Source: the human T2T-CHM13v2.0 reference genome, Homo sapiens
Assembly: GCF_009914755.1 (NCBI RefSeq)
Contig: NC_060947.1
Strand: one strand, 5' to 3'
DNA: 64,000 nt
In this document: positions 57,003-64,000 of the stretch, one piece after another
Position numbering within the stretch: position 1 is the first letter of the stretch
How the letters are laid out: the number at the start of each line of letters is the position of its first letter
The notes under the pieces: generated by a model
What the model was told of the DNA's origin: nothing
The model's database searches: none
Seen by the model: the letters and a program-made list of their open reading frames with translations, nothing else
Translations under genes and position numbers: made by a program

Positions 57003-58430
57003 AGAGAGAGAGAGAAAAAGTACTATTAATTGGAAAAGAATAAATAAAACTCATTTTTCATAAAAAATATATTTGTCTACCATTAAACTCAAATAAAAAA
57101 CTTCAAATAATCTATGTAAAAATTATAATAAAAAATTGAGCAGTGGTGTTGGGTATATGATCAATATATAAAAATCCACTGCATTTCTATATACCAGCAA
57201 TAAACAGCCTGAAAATGTAATATTTTTAAAAAATTACCATTAAAATGGCAATAAAATTTATCAAGTATCTAGAAGTAAATTTAACCAAAGATGGACATGA
57301 CCTTCATGGAAAAAAGGATAAAAATTTATTGAAAGACTTTAAAGAAGAACAAAAACATGGTGAGGCATATTACTCTTATTTATAATATACAAAATCATAA
57401 AAATGTTAATCCCCCCAAATTAATTTATAAATTCAGTGCAAATCCTAACAAGATTTCTAAAATGAAATTTGACAGACTTAGTCTAAAATATATATGGTAT
57501 ATTAAATATGCAAGAATAGCCAGAATAATTTTTATAAAGGACAAAGATAAAGTACTCTCTCTGTAAGATATCAAGATAGATAATAAGGCCATAGTGATGA
57601 AAACAGTGTGGTATTGATAAGAAAAGTGCAGACAAATATATAAATGGACCAAGAATAAGAATAAAGAATCCAGAAACAGACTAATGTATATATGAAAATT
57701 TAGTACATCATAAAGGTGACATATCAAATAAATTGAAAACAAACAATTTAATAAATATCTGTGGACAACTGGGCATTAATTGGGGGAAAAATTAACTCTT
57801 TGTTCTCTATCATACACTTTTCATAAAATACATCCCAGTTATATTAAAAGTTTAGCCACCAAAACCAAAATTATAAAAAAAGTATTTGAAAAATGTATAG
57901 GCACATATGCTCATGGGTTTAGAGTATGGAATGCCCTTTTAAAGAGGACACAAAAAAGTTAAGAAAAATATTGGTAAATTTGACCACATTCCACATAAAA
58001 TTTTTGTGCAGAAAATAATTATAAATAACGTAAAAGACAAATCACAGGCTAGGAGAAAATATTTGCGATATAAATAATAGACAAAATATTTGCATCCAAA
58101 ATAAATCACCGGCCTCTACAAATCATAAAAAGAGACAAATGACTCAAGAGAAAAACAGGCAAAGGACAATTCACAGAAAAGTATGTTGAAATCCCAACCT
58201 AGACAATTCACAGAAAAAGAATTATAATGTGGCCTACAACCTGATAAAATTATACATGATTATGGAACCTCATTAGTATAATCAAGGAAATGCAAATTAA
58301 AATAATTATGAGAAACCATTTTATACCAGCAGTTTGTTAAAAAGTTAAAATATTAATAATATAAAGTTTTGAGGGTATGGGGAAATGAATAGACAGTTTG
58401 ACCAAGTGCATATGAGTATGGCTACTGTAG
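56780..58430 (+). mobile_element. Ancient L1M ORF2 fragment with (CA)n(GA)n microsatellite at 56957-57015
   Basis: Degenerate ORF2 motifs (PKLIYKFSANP; gaaatgcaaattaaa). Confidence 0.75.
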
Positions 58431-58467
58431 AGGCCTAAGAAAAAAATGAGATGCTTCTAATGATTAA

Positions 58468-58854
<387 letters not shown>

Positions 58855-58876
58855 TAAACTTATTTCATAGGTTATA

Positions 58877-58945
58877 CACCAGGTAGACTTACACTGACCT
58901 TCATCACCAGGTAGACCTATACTGACCTTCATCGTCAGGGAGACT
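58877..58945. repeat. 28-bp tandem repeat, two units plus a partial third
   Basis: caccaggtagacttacactgaccttcat / caccaggtagacctatactgaccttcat. Confidence 0.9.
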
Positions 58946-59109
58946 GAGACTGTGCAGATCTTGGGGCTAGAATAATTTCTCACTGAGACAATGGAGAGTA
59001 CTTAATCAAGGAAACAAGTAGAGCCAAGAACTATGTGGAAACCAGTGTTGGAAAAGCCTGAAGAAAGTGAGTCTCAAGGATCCACATCCAAGGGGTCAAG
59101 ACAGATTCA

Positions 59110-61624
<2,515 letters not shown>

Positions 61625-61789
61625 GAAAGGATTAGATTTGGGTTATATTTTGAAGATACAGCTGATGGTAAGCCTTTCTCAGGTGGAAGATAAAGAAAAG
61701 AAGGAATCAACACTAAAAACTGGGACCATCAGCCAGATCTTCTAACTTGTAGGTCAGTGCTTGGAGTGTCATTCGACTCCAGCATTAAA

Positions 61790-62010
61790 GCAATAGGTTA
61801 TCATTTATTGCACTCTTACTGTGTAGTATCTACCTTACTTATATTATTCACAACCATCCTGTAAAGTATCTGTTAGTATTCCCATTTCCAAGATTTGGAA
61901 ACTAGAGTTCAAAGAGGTGAAGTTAGTTGCCTAAAGACACAAAGGCTACCAACTTGGGATTTCAACCTACATCTTTTGAACTACAAAGCCTGTGCTCCTT
62001 CTATTATACC
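61790..62010 (-). mobile_element. MIR
   Basis: cacaaccatcctgtaaag...cccatttc...gaaactagagttcaaagaggtgaagttagttgcc. Confidence 0.75.
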
Positions 62011-62255
62011 ACTGATTTTCAAATTTTTTCATAAAAGCAGAATCTTTTTTTCAAACAAGGTTTCTCATGGAAACCTAATACATAAATAAACACACAAACA
62101 AAAAACAGAATTCCCTTGGTTGAAGCATAGGTGAAGGACCTGGTACCCTATACACTAGGTCCTTCTTAATAACAGCTCCTTTCTTAATAACAGCTGACAA
62201 TATTCTGTGGCCAGCATTGAGCTAAACACTTGTGAAAGGAAAATAAATCAAGATC

Positions 62256-62515
62256 TCTTGAGCTCAGGAGTTCGAGACCAGTCTGGCCAATGTGGTGAAA
62301 CCTCGTCTCTACTAAAAATACAAAAATTAGCTAGGCTTGGTGCCAGGCGCCTGTAATCTTAGCTACTCAGGAGGCTAAGGAAGGAGAATCACTTGAACCC
62401 AAAGGCAAAGGCTGCAGTGAACCGAGATCTTGCCACTTCACCACTGCATTCCAGCCCGGGTGACAGAGTAAGACTCCGTCTCAAAAGAAAAAAAAAAAAA
62501 AAAAAAAAAAAAAAG
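62256..62515 (+). mobile_element. 5'-truncated Alu with poly(A)/(GA) tail
   Basis: ttgagctcaggagttcgagacc...gactccgtctcaaaa; TSD-like GAAAGGAAAA. Confidence 0.9.
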
Positions 62516-63132
62516 GAGAGAAAGAGAGAGAGAGAGAAAGGAAAAGAAAAAATCCACCACACTACCTTCATACTTAGTCAATACAATAGAATACATCCTT
62601 CCCATCAATGCCACCCCTTCACCATGGCATATTTGTCCATATTCATTCTTGCCTTTGTGCCTTTGCTTATGCTGTTCTCCTACCTGGAACATCCTACCTG
62701 TTCAAGTGATCTAAACTGTCCTCCGTCCTTCAAAATATGCTCGAATCTCACTTCCTTCAGGAAGTTTCCTCCTAAAACCTGAGTCCTCAGTGACTTCCTT
62801 CTTCTTTGAAAACCTGCATATGGAGTCTGAATTACATACTAAGGTTTTGCATTATTCTCCAATGCAGTGATTTGCAAATTGTATTCCAGGAAGCCATAGG
62901 ATTTGTTAGGGATGCCTCAGACACTTCCTGGGAAGAGATAGGGAGCCAAGCAGACAGGACTCCAGGCTTCCAGGCTTGACACCTTGTTCTGCTAAAAGCC
63001 ATTTATTTTATCTGTTTTTCAGATATGGCTTTCACATAAAATATTTTATGAATAAAGGGTCTGTTAAAATCAACAACAAGGTAAAAGTGTAAACATCTGC
63101 TGCTCCTTTTCAAGATGTTTTACCTCCCAAAT

Positions 63133-63215
63133 ATTAGGCTGAACCACAAGAAAGTGTCATTTGTATAGGTCAATAGCCGTCAGATACCAACAATTTTTGT
63201 GGTTCAAATTCATAT
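63133..63215. mobile_element. MADE2-like Mariner MITE
   Basis: ~80-bp palindromic element tattaggctgaaccac...tgtggttcaa. Confidence 0.7.
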
Positions 63216-63754
63216 TCCTGTTGTTCCTGAATTGTCCAGCACAGGTTGGAAGATAATCACAGAAGGCTTTAAATTGAATCTGTAGTGGCAACTGGATCCT
63301 ATTTCATGTAGGCATTTGTCTAGGCAACTATTGGAGGATCAGTAGAAAGAGCTGGGAGGAGATGAGACACACATATACTGAAAATGATGGTTCGGGCCAG
63401 TGAATATTCTGTGGCCTCTGAAGCCATTTCATTTCAGCTGCTAAGTGAGTCTTAAGCTATTTGAAGGGCCCAATTAACCCAGAAATAGGTCTGGGAGCAT
63501 GGTGTTCCCTGTAAAGGCAAAACCATTGAAATATGATGCTCCACATTTCTTAAAAGTGGTCTCCGAATATTCTGTTCCAAAGGCATATTTTGCATAATGC
63601 AGCTGGGTTATATGAAAAAAAAAAATAGATTTTTTCAGAAGTCCTTGGGGATGGTCTCTTTTGTTTTCATTAGATTTGCATAAGAAATCATTATTTGCCC
63701 AAGTTGGAACTGCCATTGCAAAGGGCTTTTTACAGAAGCGTGATCTTTTTCCCT

Positions 63755-64000
63755 TTTTTTATTATTATAGTTCTGTGGTATATGTGCAGAACGTACAGGT
63801 TTGTTACATAGGTATACACCCATCAACCCATCATCTAAATTAGGTATTTCTCCTAATGCTATCCCTCCCCTAGCCCCCCACAACCCAACAGGCCTAGGTG
63901 TGTAATGTCCCCCTTCCTGTGTTCATGTGTTCTCATTGCTCAACTCTCACTTATGAGTGAGAACATGTAGTGCTTGGTTTTCTGTTCTTGTGTTAGTTTG
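63755..64000 (-). mobile_element. L1PA7/8-like 3' end, continues beyond the window
   Basis: Antisense 3'UTR after a T-rich tail. Confidence 0.9.

Noticed and set aside
58877-58945. CRISPR-like array
   Set aside because: Adjacent tandem units without spacers, in primate DNA.

Overview
Primate (human/great-ape-like) AT-rich genomic DNA made up mostly of interspersed repeats. I find no host protein-coding gene, RNA gene or CRISPR array. Every long ORF in the track is a LINE-1 ORF1/ORF2 remnant or an Alu/antisense read-through. The window holds about nine younger L1PA insertions, including one full-length ~6.15 kb copy at 39079-45224 (-), and six of them carry 5' inversions of twin-priming type. 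It also contains older L1PA/L1PB/L1M fragments, about 20 Alus, MaLR/ERVL solo LTRs, MER5/MER58/MADE2 DNA transposons, L2 and MIR. Four observations go beyond routine repeat annotation: (1) an old ~0.95 kb inverted duplication of apparently non-repeat DNA (22520-23480 vs 31760-32730), with a hairpin kept in both arms; (2) a ~2 kb TSD-flanked, poly(A)-tailed retrocopy of 3'UTR-like sequence of unknown origin (52513-54565); (3) neighbouring L1s of different ages sharing non-consensus substitutions, including the same ORF2 nonsense codon, which suggests local gene conversion or an assembly artefact; (4) an inverted L1 whose antisense promoter faces its own 3' half. Subfamily names come from recalled consensus features and are approximate. 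I see no evidence for a new protein-coding system.
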